A stretch of DNA of 64,000 nucleotides from Minisyncoccia bacterium (GTDB lineage: Bacteria; Patescibacteriota; Minisyncoccia; UBA6257; 2-01-FULL-56-20), in NCBI GenBank assembly GCA_049997875.1, contig JBEKRC010000003.1, positions 183,885-247,884 of the forward strand, given 5' to 3'. The translations under genes were made by a program, and so were the position numbers. Of this stretch, positions 1 to 11,344 are shown in pieces; within the stretch, counting starts at the first letter, position 1; the number at the start of each line of letters is the position of its first letter. The notes beneath the pieces were generated by a model. The model ran no database searches, was not told the origin of the DNA, and worked only from the letters and a program-made list of their open reading frames with translations.

Positions 1-1402
1 GCTCCTTCGGAAGTTTCGCGTAGGTCCGGATGGAACCGATCGGGCCTTTCCAACCGCGAAGTGTTATATACCGCGGCCTGCAATATCTCATAATCTCAAG
101 ATCAGGTATCGCCACGCGGATCCGATCGCCTTTTTTATATACCTTCCCGCCATGCACGTAATTCGGTCCCGTGTATTCATATTCATCGCACACCTTGAAT
201 GACCTAACACCATCCAAAACATCCAACTTTGTAAGGATCACATTCGGCCCGGTGAGTTTGACCGCCGAATAGCGGACAAGCGGAAGGTCAAGCCATCCGG
301 TCCGGCGAGCGCGGCCGGTCGTTGCGCCATACTCATTCCCTTTTTGCCGGATCGCGATCCCCTGCACAAATTCATCGCGGTCGTTAATGGAAGCGTTTGG
401 ATAATTCTCCGCCTCCGTCCTTCGGCTCGCATGCCTCACGTGCTCGGCGGATTTTTCCCCTCCGAGTTCCGTGGGGAATGGCCCTTCGCCCACGCGCGTC
501 ATGTAGAAGGCCTTCACAATGCCAAAAGTAAGATCAACATTCTGCTCGCGGAGCCCGACGCCCTTCGCAAGTCCCTGGATAGAGCAATCCGACGAAGTGA
601 CGTACGGATACGTTCCGTAATCAACGGAGAGCATGTTGCCCTGCGCGCCTTCAAGAAGGATATTCTTCTTGCCGAGGAAACTGCGCAGCATCGCATCGGT
701 ATCCGCGATGAACGGACGCAGTGCTTTCCCGTACTGCAGATAGCGTTTCGCGATTCGTTCCGTGTTAAAAATATTTTTCGGATGATAGAACTCGCCGCGG
801 TGCAAAATTTCCTGGTGCATGATCTCACGGACGACTCGCGGATCGTAGGTCTTGATCAATCGAATCTTCTCTTCCAAATTCCTGCGCAATTTTTCCCTGA
901 ATACTTTTGGATTCAGAAGATCGTTCACAATGAGCCCAAGGCGTGCGACATGGTCGGTGTACGCGGGCCCCATGCCACGACCCGTCGTGCCGATCTTCCC
1001 GGTTTTTCCCGATGCCTCGCGTACGCGGTCCAAAACGACGTGCTGCGGCAGCACGAGCCGCGCGTTCAGGGCAATCCGCAGGTGTTTCGGAGAAATTCCC
1101 GCCTTCTTCAAGATCGCAATTTCATCCAAAACCGTTCCCGGCTCCACCGCAACTCCCGAGCCGATCACGTTGAGCTTCCTGTGCAACATACCGGACGGCA
1201 GAAGATGGAACACGAATTCCTTTTTGCCCAATTTGACGGTGTGGCCCGCGTTCGCGCCGCCCGTGCCGCGGGCGATGACGTCCGCCCAATGCTCGGCGAA
1301 ATAATCAACGAATTTTCCCTTTCCCGTGTCTCCCCACTGCGTACAGACGATCCCCAGCGTTCGGACGCCCTTCGGAACGCGGGGGTTCGCTTGGGAATGG
1401 GT
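1..1402 (-). CDS. purA: adenylosuccinate synthetase (partial; C-terminal end lies beyond window start)
   Basis: Manual minus-strand translation from ATG at 1402-1400: [36 protein letters not shown] (P-loop GDxGKGK), ...GKTGKIGTTGRGMGPAY..., ...ILTKLDVLDGVRSFKVCDEYEYTGPNYVHGGKVY... Frame is open to position 1. Absent from the ORF track only because it has no in-window stop. Confidence 0.85.
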
Positions 1403-1403
1403 C

Positions 1404-2903
1404 CTACGCATGGTCTCTCCGATAGTTGGGCGCGTCGCGCACAATGCGTACTCCGTGCGGATGGGACTCCTTGATGCCGGCGGCGCTGATGCGGATGAAC
1501 TCCGCATTGCTCCGCAGTTCCTCAATCGTCCGTGCGCCGACGTATCCCATCCCTTTTTGCAGACCGCCGACATATTGATGCATTACCGTTTCCAATTCGC
1601 CCACGTATGGCACTAACCCTTCCACCCCCTCCGGCACGAACCGGTCCTTCGCGGTATTCGCCTCGCGATACCGCTCGCGCGAACTGCGGCTCTCTTCCAT
1701 CGCGGAAAGCGATCCCATGCCGCGGTATCGCTTCATTGGCGTTTCAAAACGGAAATCAACTTCTCCCGGCGCTTCTTTGGTGCCCGCGAGCAATTTGCCG
1801 AGCATCACCGAGTGCGCTCCCGCGCCAATCGCGATCGGGATGTCGCCCGAATTCTCAATGCCGCCATCTGCGCAAATCGGCACGTCGGTCTTTTCAAGCG
1901 CTTTCGCCACTTCATAAGTCGCCGTGACTTGTGGGCAGCCGATGCCCGCGACGATCCGCGTTGTACATATAGAACCTGGACCCTGGCCCACCTTCACTCC
2001 GTCAGCCCCCGCCGCGACGAGCCGCTTCGCCGATTCGCCGCGCGAAATATTGCCCGCCACGACGTCAACGCGATACGCCTTCTTGAGCGCCTTGATCGTC
2101 TGGATAACGTCTTTTGAGTCGCCGTGCGCGGTGTCAATGACCAAAACATCCGCGAATCCCTTGAGCGCTTCCGCCCGCTCCATCGCATCGTCGTTCACGC
2201 CCACCGCCGCGGCCACGCGCAATCGCCCGTGGCTGTCAACGTTATATTTTCCCGATCGGCCGGACTTGATCCGCTTGAGATCGGAAAAGAGATACATACC
2301 GACAAGATTGCCCCTGTTCACAAGTGGAAGAACTTTTTTCTTCGCCTTGAGCATGATCTCGTACGCCTTATCAATTGAGGTGCCCTTCGGCGCCGTCACG
2401 AGGTCGCGCGTCATGACGCTCTTCACCTTCTGCGAACCGTCGCCCGAAAAATCAAAATCGTTCTCGGTGATAAGCCCCGCGAGTTTGCCGCGCGCGTCCA
2501 CAACCGGAAAACTGTGGAAAGAAAATCCTCTCTCTCTGCGCATCGTCTCAACCTCCTGGAACGTCATATTCTCGCGGATCGTGATCGGCGTCTCTATGAG
2601 GCCCGAGAGATGGAACTTTACGCGACGGACTTCTTCGCTCTGCTCCTTGGGCGTAAACCCCCTGTGGATCACGCCCAAGCCGCCGAGCTTCGCCATCGCG
2701 ATCGCCATCCGGCTCTCCGTCACCGTATCCATCGCCGCGCTCGTGATCGGGATCTTGAGCGGCACATTGCGCGAGAACCGGCTCGTGAGCACCGTAGCAC
2801 TCGGCATCACGTCGGAATAATCCGTCTTCAAGCGCACCTCGTCGTAGGTGACCGCGAGGCCGAGAGCCTCAAGCTCCTTAAAAAATTTATCGCACTTCCG
2901 CAT
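1404..2903 (-). CDS. guaB: IMP dehydrogenase with CBS pair
   Basis: 499-aa ORF; IMPDH catalytic motifs ([15 protein letters not shown]-like CADGGI) and an internal CBS-pair region. Stop is 1 nt from the purA start. Confidence 0.95.
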   Translation of the reverse strand: MRKCDKFFKELEALGLAVTYDEVRLKTDYSDVMPSATVLTSRFSRNVPLKIPITSAAMDTVTESRMAIAMAKLGGLGVIHRGFTPKEQSEEVRRVKFHLSGLIETPITIRENMTFQEVETMRRERGFSFHSFPVVDARGKLAGLITENDFDFSGDGSQKVKSVMTRDLVTAPKGTSIDKAYEIMLKAKKKVLPLVNRGNLVGMYLFSDLKRIKSGRSGKYNVDSHGRLRVAAAVGVNDDAMERAEALKGFADVLVIDTAHGDSKDVIQTIKALKKAYRVDVVAGNISRGESAKRLVAAGADGVKVGQGPGSICTTRIVAGIGCPQVTATYEVAKALEKTDVPICADGGIENSGDIPIAIGAGAHSVMLGKLLAGTKEAPGEVDFRFETPMKRYRGMGSLSAMEESRSSRERYREANTAKDRFVPEGVEGLVPYVGELETVMHQYVGGLQKGMGYVGARTIEELRSNAEFIRISAAGIKESHPHGVRIVRDAPNYRRDHA

Positions 2904-3016
2904 AGATGAATTTATTATATGTGATTTCTGGATTTTTGCAAAAGCGGGCAGTACCCCCCACCTCTCCGGCGGCTGGACGACGTCAGTCCTGTTCGCTATC
3001 GCACTATCGCAGAAAA

Positions 3017-3661
3017 CTAGCAGTCAGCAGCTATGCCTTCAACAAGAGAGGGTAGCTCCGACAAGGTAACAATTTTGAAATCTTCTCCGAGATTATCTCC
3101 TTTTTCGGCGACCAACACACATTTGATATCGGCGTTGTGAGCAGCTTCAATATCTTCTTTGTAGTCACCAACATAAAGAGCTTTCGTCCTATCCTTAATT
3201 CCCAGGTGGTCCATGGCTTTAATGATTCCTTCGGGATTCGGTTTGTGATTTTTCACGTCTTCTCTGTCCAAGACAACATCAAAATATTTACGAAGATCAA
3301 ACTTCTTAAGAAGCATCGTGGTAGTTGTTCTGCCGCGACTGGTAATGAGCGCGGTCTTGTAATTCTTTTTTATCGCTTCCAGTACCTCGCTCGCGTGAGC
3401 CATTAAGGTAATTTTGGGCGCAAATGCCACAGACATTTTCTTGCTGTATTCGTAGATGGGCAGAACTTCTTCTTCTGACAAAGATGGCAGCAGTTTTTTT
3501 GTAATATCCAAAGTTTTCAAACCTAGAAGCGGCAAGAAATCTTTTTCTTGCGGAATGGGTAACTTAAAGTGTCTGAAGGTTTCCTGAAAATACTCTATCG
3601 TCGGACGGTTGGAGTCTACTATGACGCCGTCGAGATCAAAAAGTATTGCTTCAATAATCAT
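3017..3661 (-). CDS. HAD-superfamily hydrolase (subfamily IA phosphatase-like)
   Basis: N-terminal motif I ILFDLDGVIVDS, motif IV VGDYKEDIEAA. Lower GC than neighbours; embedded in the pur operon. Confidence 0.8.
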   Translation of the reverse strand: MIIEAILFDLDGVIVDSNRPTIEYFQETFRHFKLPIPQEKDFLPLLGLKTLDITKKLLPSLSEEEVLPIYEYSKKMSVAFAPKITLMAHASEVLEAIKKNYKTALITSRGRTTTTMLLKKFDLRKYFDVVLDREDVKNHKPNPEGIIKAMDHLGIKDRTKALYVGDYKEDIEAAHNADIKCVLVAEKGDNLGEDFKIVTLSELPSLVEGIAADC

Positions 3662-3781
3662 TCCTTAAAGTATATAGCTTTTGCGAAGCGGCATGCATGC
3701 GTTTGCCCGCTCTGGCGGCTGGGCAATGTTCAACCTCGGAAGACCCAACCAGAGAGGATAACCTTTTTGCGCCGGCGGCGT

Positions 3782-4927
3782 TCATTCCTCGCCTGGCGGT
3801 TGCAGAATAATATCTTCCGGTTCAAAGACGACCTCGCGCTTGCCTTCTTCCACGACGCCGAGGTCAAAAAGTTCGCAGCCGGCTTTTTTACCAAGGGAGA
3901 CGGTCCGGTCAACTTCTTCCTTTGGCACGAAAAGATAATAGCCGACGCCCCAGTTAAAGGTCTTTAGGCAATCACGGAGGGAAACGCCGAGTCCGCGCAT
4001 GAACTGGAAAAGCGGTGGCACGGCTGGCCAGTTTTGGATGCGATAGGTGAATGGCCGTTTATCAAACGCGAGCTTGCCGATGCCGTCGCCCGTGCCGGGC
4101 AGGATCGCCGCGATTCGCACATGGGCATTCTGGAGCGCCTCCACAAGCGCGACGTACGAGCGTGTTGGAATCAACGCCTCCTCGCCGAGCGTGGTACCGT
4201 TCGGAAGCTTTGTAAGAAATTTATCGGGAAGTGCAAGCGCCCGCTTGATGACAAGCGATATGCCGTTCGCGTGGAGGCCGGAGGATGCGGCGCCAACGAT
4301 ATGGCATCCCGGCGCAAGTTCTTTCCCAGTAATGAGATTTGTGTTTGGCGCGATAATGCCCGTCGCGCAGCCCGAGAGCGAAGGCGCGGCGAGGACCGGC
4401 GGCTCCGGCTTCATAAGATACTTGAGCGCAGGCGATTCCCCCGCTGGCAGAGCCATCCCGACTTCCTTGCAAATCTTGAAAAATCCTTCGGCCAAATCAT
4501 GGCTGCGTTTCTCATCCGAGAACCATGCGGCATCGCCCACGGCAACCTCATCGGTAAAAATGACGGGCATCGCCCCTTGCGCGATGAGATCGTTCACCGC
4601 CATGAGCGCGGTATCAATGCCAATTGTTTCGTAGTACGTCCTGCCGGTGCCGGCGTTCTGATACATCCACTCCGCAATCCAGTTCTTGTTCCCGAGCCCT
4701 TCCTGCGTCTTGCACCAGAGGTGCGGCAGGCCGCCGCGGTATTCATACACCGCGCCGTGCGCGTGGAGCACATCGTTATTCACGTAGACGCCGCGGCGGT
4801 TTGGGAAAGAAAGCGTCCGCTTTCCCATCGCGATCATCGCCTGCTTGAAGGGTTCCAACTGCGTATAATCCACTCCCGCCTTTGCGTATTCGCTTTTACC
4901 CATCGCTGCCCGTTTATCTTTGGTCAT
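3782..4927 (-). CDS. purM: phosphoribosylformylglycinamidine cyclo-ligase (AIR synthetase)
   Basis: YAKAGVDY N-terminal PurM signature; 381 aa; operon context. Confidence 0.9.
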   Translation of the reverse strand: MTKDKRAAMGKSEYAKAGVDYTQLEPFKQAMIAMGKRTLSFPNRRGVYVNNDVLHAHGAVYEYRGGLPHLWCKTQEGLGNKNWIAEWMYQNAGTGRTYYETIGIDTALMAVNDLIAQGAMPVIFTDEVAVGDAAWFSDEKRSHDLAEGFFKICKEVGMALPAGESPALKYLMKPEPPVLAAPSLSGCATGIIAPNTNLITGKELAPGCHIVGAASSGLHANGISLVIKRALALPDKFLTKLPNGTTLGEEALIPTRSYVALVEALQNAHVRIAAILPGTGDGIGKLAFDKRPFTYRIQNWPAVPPLFQFMRGLGVSLRDCLKTFNWGVGYYLFVPKEEVDRTVSLGKKAGCELFDLGVVEEGKREVVFEPEDIILQPPGEE

Positions 4928-6327
4928 TACATCCGCGCGAGTTTCTTCGCAAGGCCGAGATAATTCTTTGGGGTGAAGCTCTTGAGCTCCTTTTTCAATT
5001 TGTCCGATATTTTAAGGGAGTCCACGAAGGCGCGGATGTCGTCCAGAGTCACTTGCCGCCCGCGCGTGAGTTCCTTCAATTTCTCGTAGGGCATGGGAAT
5101 GCCCTCCCGCCGCAGAACGATCTGGATCGCTTCAGAAACAATCTCGGGATGTTCCTCAAGCGCTTCCACCACCTTCGCCTCGTGCACCGAGACCCGCCCG
5201 AGGCCGTTCAAAAGATATGAATAGCCGACCGCGCAATGTGCGAGGGCAACGCCGAAGTTTCGCTCCACGGTGGAATCGGAAAGATCGCGCTGCAGGCGCG
5301 ATATGGGGAGCTTTGCCGAAAAATGTGCGAAGAGCGCATTCGCGATGCCGAGGTTGCCCTCGCTATTCTCAAATTTTATCGGATTGATCTTGTGCGGCAT
5401 CGTGGAGGACCCAATCTCGCCTTCTTTCGCTTTCTGCACGAGCCAATCGTCGCTTATGTAGCGCCACATATCCTGATCGAAACCAATGAGGATGGTATTT
5501 GTGCGGCGGAGAATATCGAAAAGTTCGGCATACGAGTCGTGGGGATCGATTTGCGTGGTCAGAAGATTCGGTTCGAGGATTGCTGTGCGCTCGCGATTCA
5601 GGCGAGCAATAAATCTCTTTGTAAACGCGATCCAATCGACATTCGGATACGCCGCCACGTGCGCGTTGTAATTCCCGGTTGCACCATTCAGTTTCACGGA
5701 AACCTTAAACTTCGCTAGTTGATCCATTTGCCGCACGAGGCGCGCCCGGAATACATTCATTTCCTTCCCGAACGTCGTCGGCGTTGCTGGTTGCCCATGA
5801 GTGCGCCCGAGCATCGGCAAACCGGCGTACTGCCTCGCAAACCCCGCAAGCGCCCGCTCAATCTCGCAAAGGAGTGGAGTAAGCACTTCACGGATGGCAT
5901 CGCCGAGCATCAGACCATATGCAATTTCGCTAACATCATAGGAAGTGAGCGCGAAGTGCAACCAACCGAGCGAATCCTTGAGCGAAGTCCTTTTCAATTT
6001 CTCCCGCATGAAATATTCCACCGCCTTCATGTCGTGCTCTGTCGCCTTGATGTGTCGGTATCCCACTTTTTCAATAGCACTGATGATTTTTGCGTCTCCG
6101 ACCGGCAGTTTATAAAGCTTACGGATGAGCACCTTTTCGCGCGCGGAAAAATGCCGGAGCCCGATGCCCCGCGTCTCCGAGAGCGCGATAAGATATTCGC
6201 CTTCCACGACGAGCCGGTAGCGCATGAGCCCCGATTCGCTGAAAATCTTCGCGAGGTCTTCCCCATAGCTCCGATAGCGCCCGTCAACGGGACTTATCGC
6301 TTCAAGCTGGTCTATGAGCTGGTCCAT
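4927..6327 (-). CDS. purB: adenylosuccinate lyase
   Basis: ISPVDGRY motif near N-term; lyase-1 fold length. Start reassigned to the internal Met (MDQLIDQLEAISPVDGRY) 4 nt after the purD stop. The ORF-track start at 6378 would overlap purD by 47 nt. Confidence 0.88.
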   Translation of the reverse strand: MDQLIDQLEAISPVDGRYRSYGEDLAKIFSESGLMRYRLVVEGEYLIALSETRGIGLRHFSAREKVLIRKLYKLPVGDAKIISAIEKVGYRHIKATEHDMKAVEYFMREKLKRTSLKDSLGWLHFALTSYDVSEIAYGLMLGDAIREVLTPLLCEIERALAGFARQYAGLPMLGRTHGQPATPTTFGKEMNVFRARLVRQMDQLAKFKVSVKLNGATGNYNAHVAAYPNVDWIAFTKRFIARLNRERTAILEPNLLTTQIDPHDSYAELFDILRRTNTILIGFDQDMWRYISDDWLVQKAKEGEIGSSTMPHKINPIKFENSEGNLGIANALFAHFSAKLPISRLQRDLSDSTVERNFGVALAHCAVGYSYLLNGLGRVSVHEAKVVEALEEHPEIVSEAIQIVLRREGIPMPYEKLKELTRGRQVTLDDIRAFVDSLKISDKLKKELKSFTPKNYLGLAKKLARM

Positions 6328-6331
6328 AGTA

Positions 6332-7597
6332 TTACAAAGCTTTTGCGCCGATGTCCTTTCTATAATACATCCCTTCAAATTTTATTTTCTCCGCTCCGAC
6401 ATACGCCTTGCGGAGCGCTTCCGCGAGCGTGGGCCCCAAGGCACTTACGCCGAGTACCCTTCCGCCCGACGTGACGAGTCCGCCATCTGCGAGCTTAGTT
6501 CCGGCATGGAACACTATAACGCCTTCCAGTTTCTCCGCCTCACGGATGCCCGTAATCGGAAATCCCTTTTTGTAAACGCCGGGGTACCCTCCCGATGCCA
6601 TAACTATACACGCCGCATAGCACGAATTCCACTCTATTGAAACCCCGTTCAACTTCCCGGAAGCGCACGCTTCAAGAATTTCCAAAAGATCCGTTTTTAA
6701 AAGTCGCATGAGCGATTGCGTTTCGGGATCGCCGAAGCGGGCATTGAACTCAAGTACTTTGGGCCCTTCGGGGGTGATCTTCAGCCCGGGATACAAACAC
6801 CCCGAAAAGGTGCATCCTTTTTTCTTCATGGCGCGGAGCGTAGGGTCAAGGATCGTCTGCGCGATCTGGTTTTGAAGTTCGTCGGTCACCCACGGCACGG
6901 GAGCGATCGTCCCCATGCCGCCGGTATTCGGTCCCGTGTCTCCTTCGCCCACCGGCTTGTGGTCCTGCGCGGTCGGCATCACTGCGCGCGCGACCCCATC
7001 GGAGAATGCGTGAATGGAAATTTCCTGCCCTTCCAAAAATTCCTCTATTACCACTTCGTCCCCTGCGTCCCCGAACGCGCGGTCTATCATTATGTTTTTG
7101 AGCGCCGCCCTCGCTTCGTCCATCGTCTTGCACACTATTGCACCTTTTCCGAGCGCGAGCCCGCTTGCTTTCACAACGATCGGCACGGATTGCGATGCAA
7201 GATATCGGGAGGCCTCATCGTAATCCGTGAATATCCGGAACGCCGCCGTGGGAATATATTCATCCTGCATAAGCTGCTTCGCGAACGCCTTTGAGGCCTC
7301 TATCTGCGCCGCTGCCTTCGTCGGGCCAAAGATCAAAAATCCCTCTTTTTGAAATTGATCAACGATACCGAGTGCCAAGGGATCGTCCGGACCTACGACC
7401 ACAAGATCAACGACCGATTTTTTTGCGAACGCGATGAGCGCCGGAATGTCGTCCGCTTTGATCGCAACATTCTCGCCGAGGCGCGCGGTGCCGCCGTTGC
7501 CCGGCGCGATAAAAAGCTTCCCGAGCCGCGGAGACTGCGCGAGCTTCCACGCAAGCGCGTGCTCGCGTCCGCCGCTCCCTATCAAAAACACGTTCAT
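6332..7597 (-). CDS. purD: phosphoribosylamine-glycine ligase
   Basis: MNVFLIGSGGREHALAWKL N-term; ATP-grasp; 421 aa. ATGA overlap with the purN stop. Confidence 0.92.
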   Translation of the reverse strand: MNVFLIGSGGREHALAWKLAQSPRLGKLFIAPGNGGTARLGENVAIKADDIPALIAFAKKSVVDLVVVGPDDPLALGIVDQFQKEGFLIFGPTKAAAQIEASKAFAKQLMQDEYIPTAAFRIFTDYDEASRYLASQSVPIVVKASGLALGKGAIVCKTMDEARAALKNIMIDRAFGDAGDEVVIEEFLEGQEISIHAFSDGVARAVMPTAQDHKPVGEGDTGPNTGGMGTIAPVPWVTDELQNQIAQTILDPTLRAMKKKGCTFSGCLYPGLKITPEGPKVLEFNARFGDPETQSLMRLLKTDLLEILEACASGKLNGVSIEWNSCYAACIVMASGGYPGVYKKGFPITGIREAEKLEGVIVFHAGTKLADGGLVTSGGRVLGVSALGPTLAEALRKAYVGAEKIKFEGMYYRKDIGAKAL

Positions 7598-8337
7598 CCC
7601 TGCGGAAAAAGCAGCATGGCGGCCTTTTTTGAATCCTCAAGGGTCACTTCTTCCCCTTTGCGGACAAGCGGCGTTTCGCGCACGAGCTCCCGCACGCGGC
7701 CATTCATAAAGTCCTCCAAAGTGGCGATCTGTGTTTCGTGCTCAAAGGGGAGCAACCGCGCCGCAAGCGACTTCGGATCGTCGTCCGGCAAGATCGCAAG
7801 CTGCGTACGTTTCAAAACCGTGCCCTCGTCGAACTGCTCCGCCACGCGCTGTGCCGTCGCCTCAGTCCAAAAATCGCGCCCCATGCTCCGCACGAACAAG
7901 AGTCGCGCCGCGTGGACACGCAGGCCAAACATCCCCTTCCCGCCAAAATCGGGACGGCCCGGGTCAAGCGGCCCCGGGTGCTGGTTGATCATAGCATTGC
8001 GGAATGCGGCGATCACGTTGCGCGGGGTCTTTATCATCCATCCGTACTGGCCGACGAGATCAACGGCCTGCTCTTTAAGAACTTTCAAAATCGCGCCCCC
8101 GAACTCTTCTTCGTTTGAAAATTTCTTCGGTTCAATAACAAAAATGTTTTTGCGCGGTATTCCCAATCGTTCCATTTTTTGCATCACGCCGGCGTCCGGC
8201 CTGCTTGCAATCAAGCATGCCGGCACAATCCCCAAAAGCCGTCCGGCGTGGTGCGCCGCGACGATCGCTTCCGCGGTCGTGCCGCCTCCCGAAGCAAGTA
8301 TGGCCAGACGAAACGTTTTCATGCCTTTTATGCCCAA
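7594..8337 (-). CDS. purN: phosphoribosylglycinamide formyltransferase
   Basis: FRLAILASGGGT N-term and NQHPGPL (NxHPSLLP-like) formyltransferase motif. Confidence 0.85.
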   Translation of the reverse strand: MGIKGMKTFRLAILASGGGTTAEAIVAAHHAGRLLGIVPACLIASRPDAGVMQKMERLGIPRKNIFVIEPKKFSNEEEFGGAILKVLKEQAVDLVGQYGWMIKTPRNVIAAFRNAMINQHPGPLDPGRPDFGGKGMFGLRVHAARLLFVRSMGRDFWTEATAQRVAEQFDEGTVLKRTQLAILPDDDPKSLAARLLPFEHETQIATLEDFMNGRVRELVRETPLVRKGEEVTLEDSKKAAMLLFPQG

Positions 8338-9734
8338 GTTTCCTGCAGGGCCGGTATGCCGACCTCCGCCTTCCGCTCACGGATGTCCAAGGGATACTTC
8401 CCGGTAAAGCAGGAAGTGCACAGTTTGTCTTCGGGAACGCCAATGCCCCTGAGGATCCCCTGATACGAAAGATAGTGAAGCGAGGTCGCGCCCAGAAATT
8501 CCCTTATCTCGGGGATGGTCTTTTGGAATGCAAGGAGGCTTGCCTGCCTGGGCGTGTCAATGCCGTAAAAATCGGGAAAGCGCACGGGCGGAGAGTTCAC
8601 CAAGAAATGCACTTCTTTCGCGCCCGCTTCAAAAAGAATCTTCACGATCTGCGGGCTCGTGTTGCCGCGCACGATGGAATCGTCTATCACGATGGCGCGC
8701 TTGCCTCCTACGATGTCGGGGATGGCCGCGAGCTTCGTCTTCACCCCTTGCTTGCGCATCCGGTCGTCCGGATCAATGAACGTCCGGTACACGTAACGGT
8801 TCTTGACGAGCGCGAGTTCCAAGGGAATCCCCGATGCCTCCGAATAGCCGACCGCACCCGGGATCCCCGTCTCGGGGATAGGAATCACCATGTCGGCGTC
8901 AATTTTGCGTTCCCGGGCAAGTTCAATGCCGCACCGTTTGCGGGCGGCATACACCGAGGTTCCCAAAAGTATGCTGCTTGAACGCGCGAAATACACGAAT
9001 TCAAAGATGTCCAGTTTTTGATCGGGCGGCACAAGTTGAATTGACCGCATGCCTTTCTTGTCCACCACAATCATCTCGCCGGGAAGGACGTCACGCATAA
9101 AGGTCGCTCCGACCGAGGGAAAGCTGCACGTCTCGGAAGAGAATGCAAACCCGCCGTTCAACTGTCCCATGGAGAACGGTTTGAGGCCATAGGGATCGCG
9201 CGCGGCGACGAGCGTTGTCTTGTCCATGATGAGAAGCGAGAACGAACCGGTGAAAAGTGGGTAGGCACTGCGCACCGCTTCTTCGAGTGAGCATCCCTGT
9301 TTTATGAAATGTTCAACGGCGAGCGTCATCATGTAGGAATCCGAGCGGGCCGCCGTATCCACCCCTTCTTTTTTCAAAAATTCCTCAAGTACCTTCACGC
9401 TTGGCAAGTTGCCATTGTGCGCAAGCGCGATACGCCCGTCCTCCGTCATGATCGGCTGTGCGTGCCGAATGCCGGTTCCCGATGACGTGGAATACCGATT
9501 CTGGCCGATCGCAATATGGCCTTTCAAATTATCAATTTTTGCGTCGTCAAAAACCTGCGTGATAAGGCCGTTGCCTTTTTGGCATTCAAGGCGCGTGCCA
9601 TCGGCAACCGCCATACCCGCGCTCTCCTGCCCGCGGTGCTGGATGGCAAGCACGCCGAAGAACGTGATACGCGCCACGTCCATGCCCTTTCCGTAAATGC
9701 CAAAGACGCCGCACTTCTCATTGAGTTCGTGCAT
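8328..9734 (-). CDS. purF: amidophosphoribosyltransferase
   Basis: N-terminal nucleophile Cys (MHELNEKCGVFGIYG), GATase-II plus PRTase domain; 468 aa. Confidence 0.92.
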   Translation of the reverse strand: MHELNEKCGVFGIYGKGMDVARITFFGVLAIQHRGQESAGMAVADGTRLECQKGNGLITQVFDDAKIDNLKGHIAIGQNRYSTSSGTGIRHAQPIMTEDGRIALAHNGNLPSVKVLEEFLKKEGVDTAARSDSYMMTLAVEHFIKQGCSLEEAVRSAYPLFTGSFSLLIMDKTTLVAARDPYGLKPFSMGQLNGGFAFSSETCSFPSVGATFMRDVLPGEMIVVDKKGMRSIQLVPPDQKLDIFEFVYFARSSSILLGTSVYAARKRCGIELARERKIDADMVIPIPETGIPGAVGYSEASGIPLELALVKNRYVYRTFIDPDDRMRKQGVKTKLAAIPDIVGGKRAIVIDDSIVRGNTSPQIVKILFEAGAKEVHFLVNSPPVRFPDFYGIDTPRQASLLAFQKTIPEIREFLGATSLHYLSYQGILRGIGVPEDKLCTSCFTGKYPLDIRERKAEVGIPALQETWA

Positions 9735-9746
9735 GTTGTTCGTATG

Positions 9747-10721
9747 TTACGGTTTATGCAGGACAAACGCCTCTAAATTTTTTCTTATGCGATCCAACGC
9801 CGGCATCGTGAAGTCCGGCGCGAACGTCCGTCCCGTGATCTGTTCAAAAATTTTCACGTACCGGCTCGCGAGTTCCACCACCATCTCGCGCGGCGCTTCG
9901 GGCAGCGTGGCGTCCTTATAGGGATCACAGTGCTCCTTGAACCAGAGCCGCAAAAATTCCTTGTCAAAGTTTTCCGGCTCTTCGCCCTTCGCGATGCGCG
10001 CCTCGTAGCTCGCCGCCTGCCAGTAGCGCGAAGAATCGGGAGTATGTATCTCGTCAATAAGCATTACCTCTCCTTTCGGCGAAATGCCGAATTCATATTT
10101 TGTGTCCACAAGGATCAACCCGCGCTGTTTTGCCAACTCCTGCCCGCGCGTGAAAAGCCGGAGCGCGGCGTTTTCAATCTGTTCCCATATTTCTTTTTTC
10201 ACCAGGCCTTCGTGTATGATCTCGTCCCGCGTGACCGGCCGATCGTGCGCCTCCGATTTCGTGGTGGGCGTGAGGATAGCGTGCGGAAGCTTCTGGTTCT
10301 TTTTCATGCCGTCGGGCAGCGTAAGGTCGCCAAATCGCCGCTCGCCTTTCTGATAAAGCGTCCAAATCGCAGTCCCCGTAACCCCAGTAATATAGCCCCT
10401 TACGACGACCTCTATGGGAACCACCTCGCACTTTTCCGTTACCGTCACGTTCGGGTCGGGGACCGCAATCACGTGGTTTTTCACGATATCCGCGGTCTTT
10501 TCAAACCAAAACGCGCTTACTTGCGTAAGCACGTTTCCCTTGAATGGGATGAGGCACAGATTCCTGTCAAACGCGGAGTAGCGATCGGTCGCAACGAGGA
10601 TCAGGCGATTGGGCTGCGTGTACACATCTCGCACTTTCCCCGCGCGGCGCTCGCCGAGCCCCTGGAAATCGGTCTTATCAATAACATCCCCGATGTGCGC
10701 TTCTATGGTTGCCTTATCCAT
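9747..10721 (-). CDS. purC: SAICAR synthetase
   Basis: GKVRDVY...LILVATDRYSAFD motifs; 324 aa. Confidence 0.9.
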   Translation of the reverse strand: MDKATIEAHIGDVIDKTDFQGLGERRAGKVRDVYTQPNRLILVATDRYSAFDRNLCLIPFKGNVLTQVSAFWFEKTADIVKNHVIAVPDPNVTVTEKCEVVPIEVVVRGYITGVTGTAIWTLYQKGERRFGDLTLPDGMKKNQKLPHAILTPTTKSEAHDRPVTRDEIIHEGLVKKEIWEQIENAALRLFTRGQELAKQRGLILVDTKYEFGISPKGEVMLIDEIHTPDSSRYWQAASYEARIAKGEEPENFDKEFLRLWFKEHCDPYKDATLPEAPREMVVELASRYVKIFEQITGRTFAPDFTMPALDRIRKNLEAFVLHKP

Positions 10722-10729
10722 TAATAGTT

Positions 10730-11224
10730 TTATCCGCTGGTTTCAACTTTTTTCGCTTTCTCCGCCACGGCCGCGCGGAGTTTTTCTTTGTAGTCCACGA
10801 TCTTTTTCTGCAGCGCCGCGTCCCCCGCTCCCAAGATCTGCACGGCGAGGATGGCGGCGTTCTTCGCGCCATTGATCGCCATGGTCGCGACGGGAACTCC
10901 GGGCGGCATCTGCACCGTTGAAAATAACGAATCAAGACCGCTCAAGGTCTTGGATTGTATGGGAACTCCGATCACGGGCAGCGGCGTCATCGCGGCGGTC
11001 GCTCCCGCAAGATGCGCGGCGCCGCCGGCTCCCGCGATGATCACTTTCAACCCACGGTCCGCCGCACTCTTCGCATATTCGTATGCGCGGTCCGGCGTGC
11101 GATGCGCGGAGACGACCGTCATCTCGTACGAAACGCCGAACTCTTTGAGCGCGTCTGCCGCCTCCTGCATCACGGGCAGGTCGGAATCGGAACCCATAAT
11201 AATACCTACGAGTGGTTTAGGCAT
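10730..11224 (-). CDS. purE: N5-carboxyaminoimidazole ribonucleotide mutase
   Basis: [10 protein letters not shown]...AHRTP...AGGAAHL PurE signature; 164 aa. Confidence 0.9.
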   Translation of the reverse strand: MPKPLVGIIMGSDSDLPVMQEAADALKEFGVSYEMTVVSAHRTPDRAYEYAKSAADRGLKVIIAGAGGAAHLAGATAAMTPLPVIGVPIQSKTLSGLDSLFSTVQMPPGVPVATMAINGAKNAAILAVQILGAGDAALQKKIVDYKEKLRAAVAEKAKKVETSG

Positions 11225-11344
11225 TGTTCGGTCGATTTATGTTTCCATTCTAGCATACCCCGGGACCCCGTCAAAACAAAAATGGCCATCCTCGGTGCCT
11301 TCTCGCGCTTGTCGAGAAAACACCGAGAATGACGATGGGGGAGG

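Noticed and set aside
344-1474. 376-aa plus-strand ORF covering the first 1.4 kb
   Set aside because: It is antisense to purA, which is verified by motif-level translation. The product is Arg-rich with no motifs, a typical GC-rich antisense shadow ORF.
1924-2820. 298-aa plus-strand ORF
   Set aside because: Antisense to guaB (IMPDH).
7349-8407. 352-aa plus-strand ORF
   Set aside because: Antisense to purN/purF.
11225-11344. Purine riboswitch upstream of purE
   Set aside because: Hairpins are present, but the conserved purine-riboswitch loop motifs (UAUA...GGAUAUGG...GUUUCUACC...CCGUAAAU) are absent.
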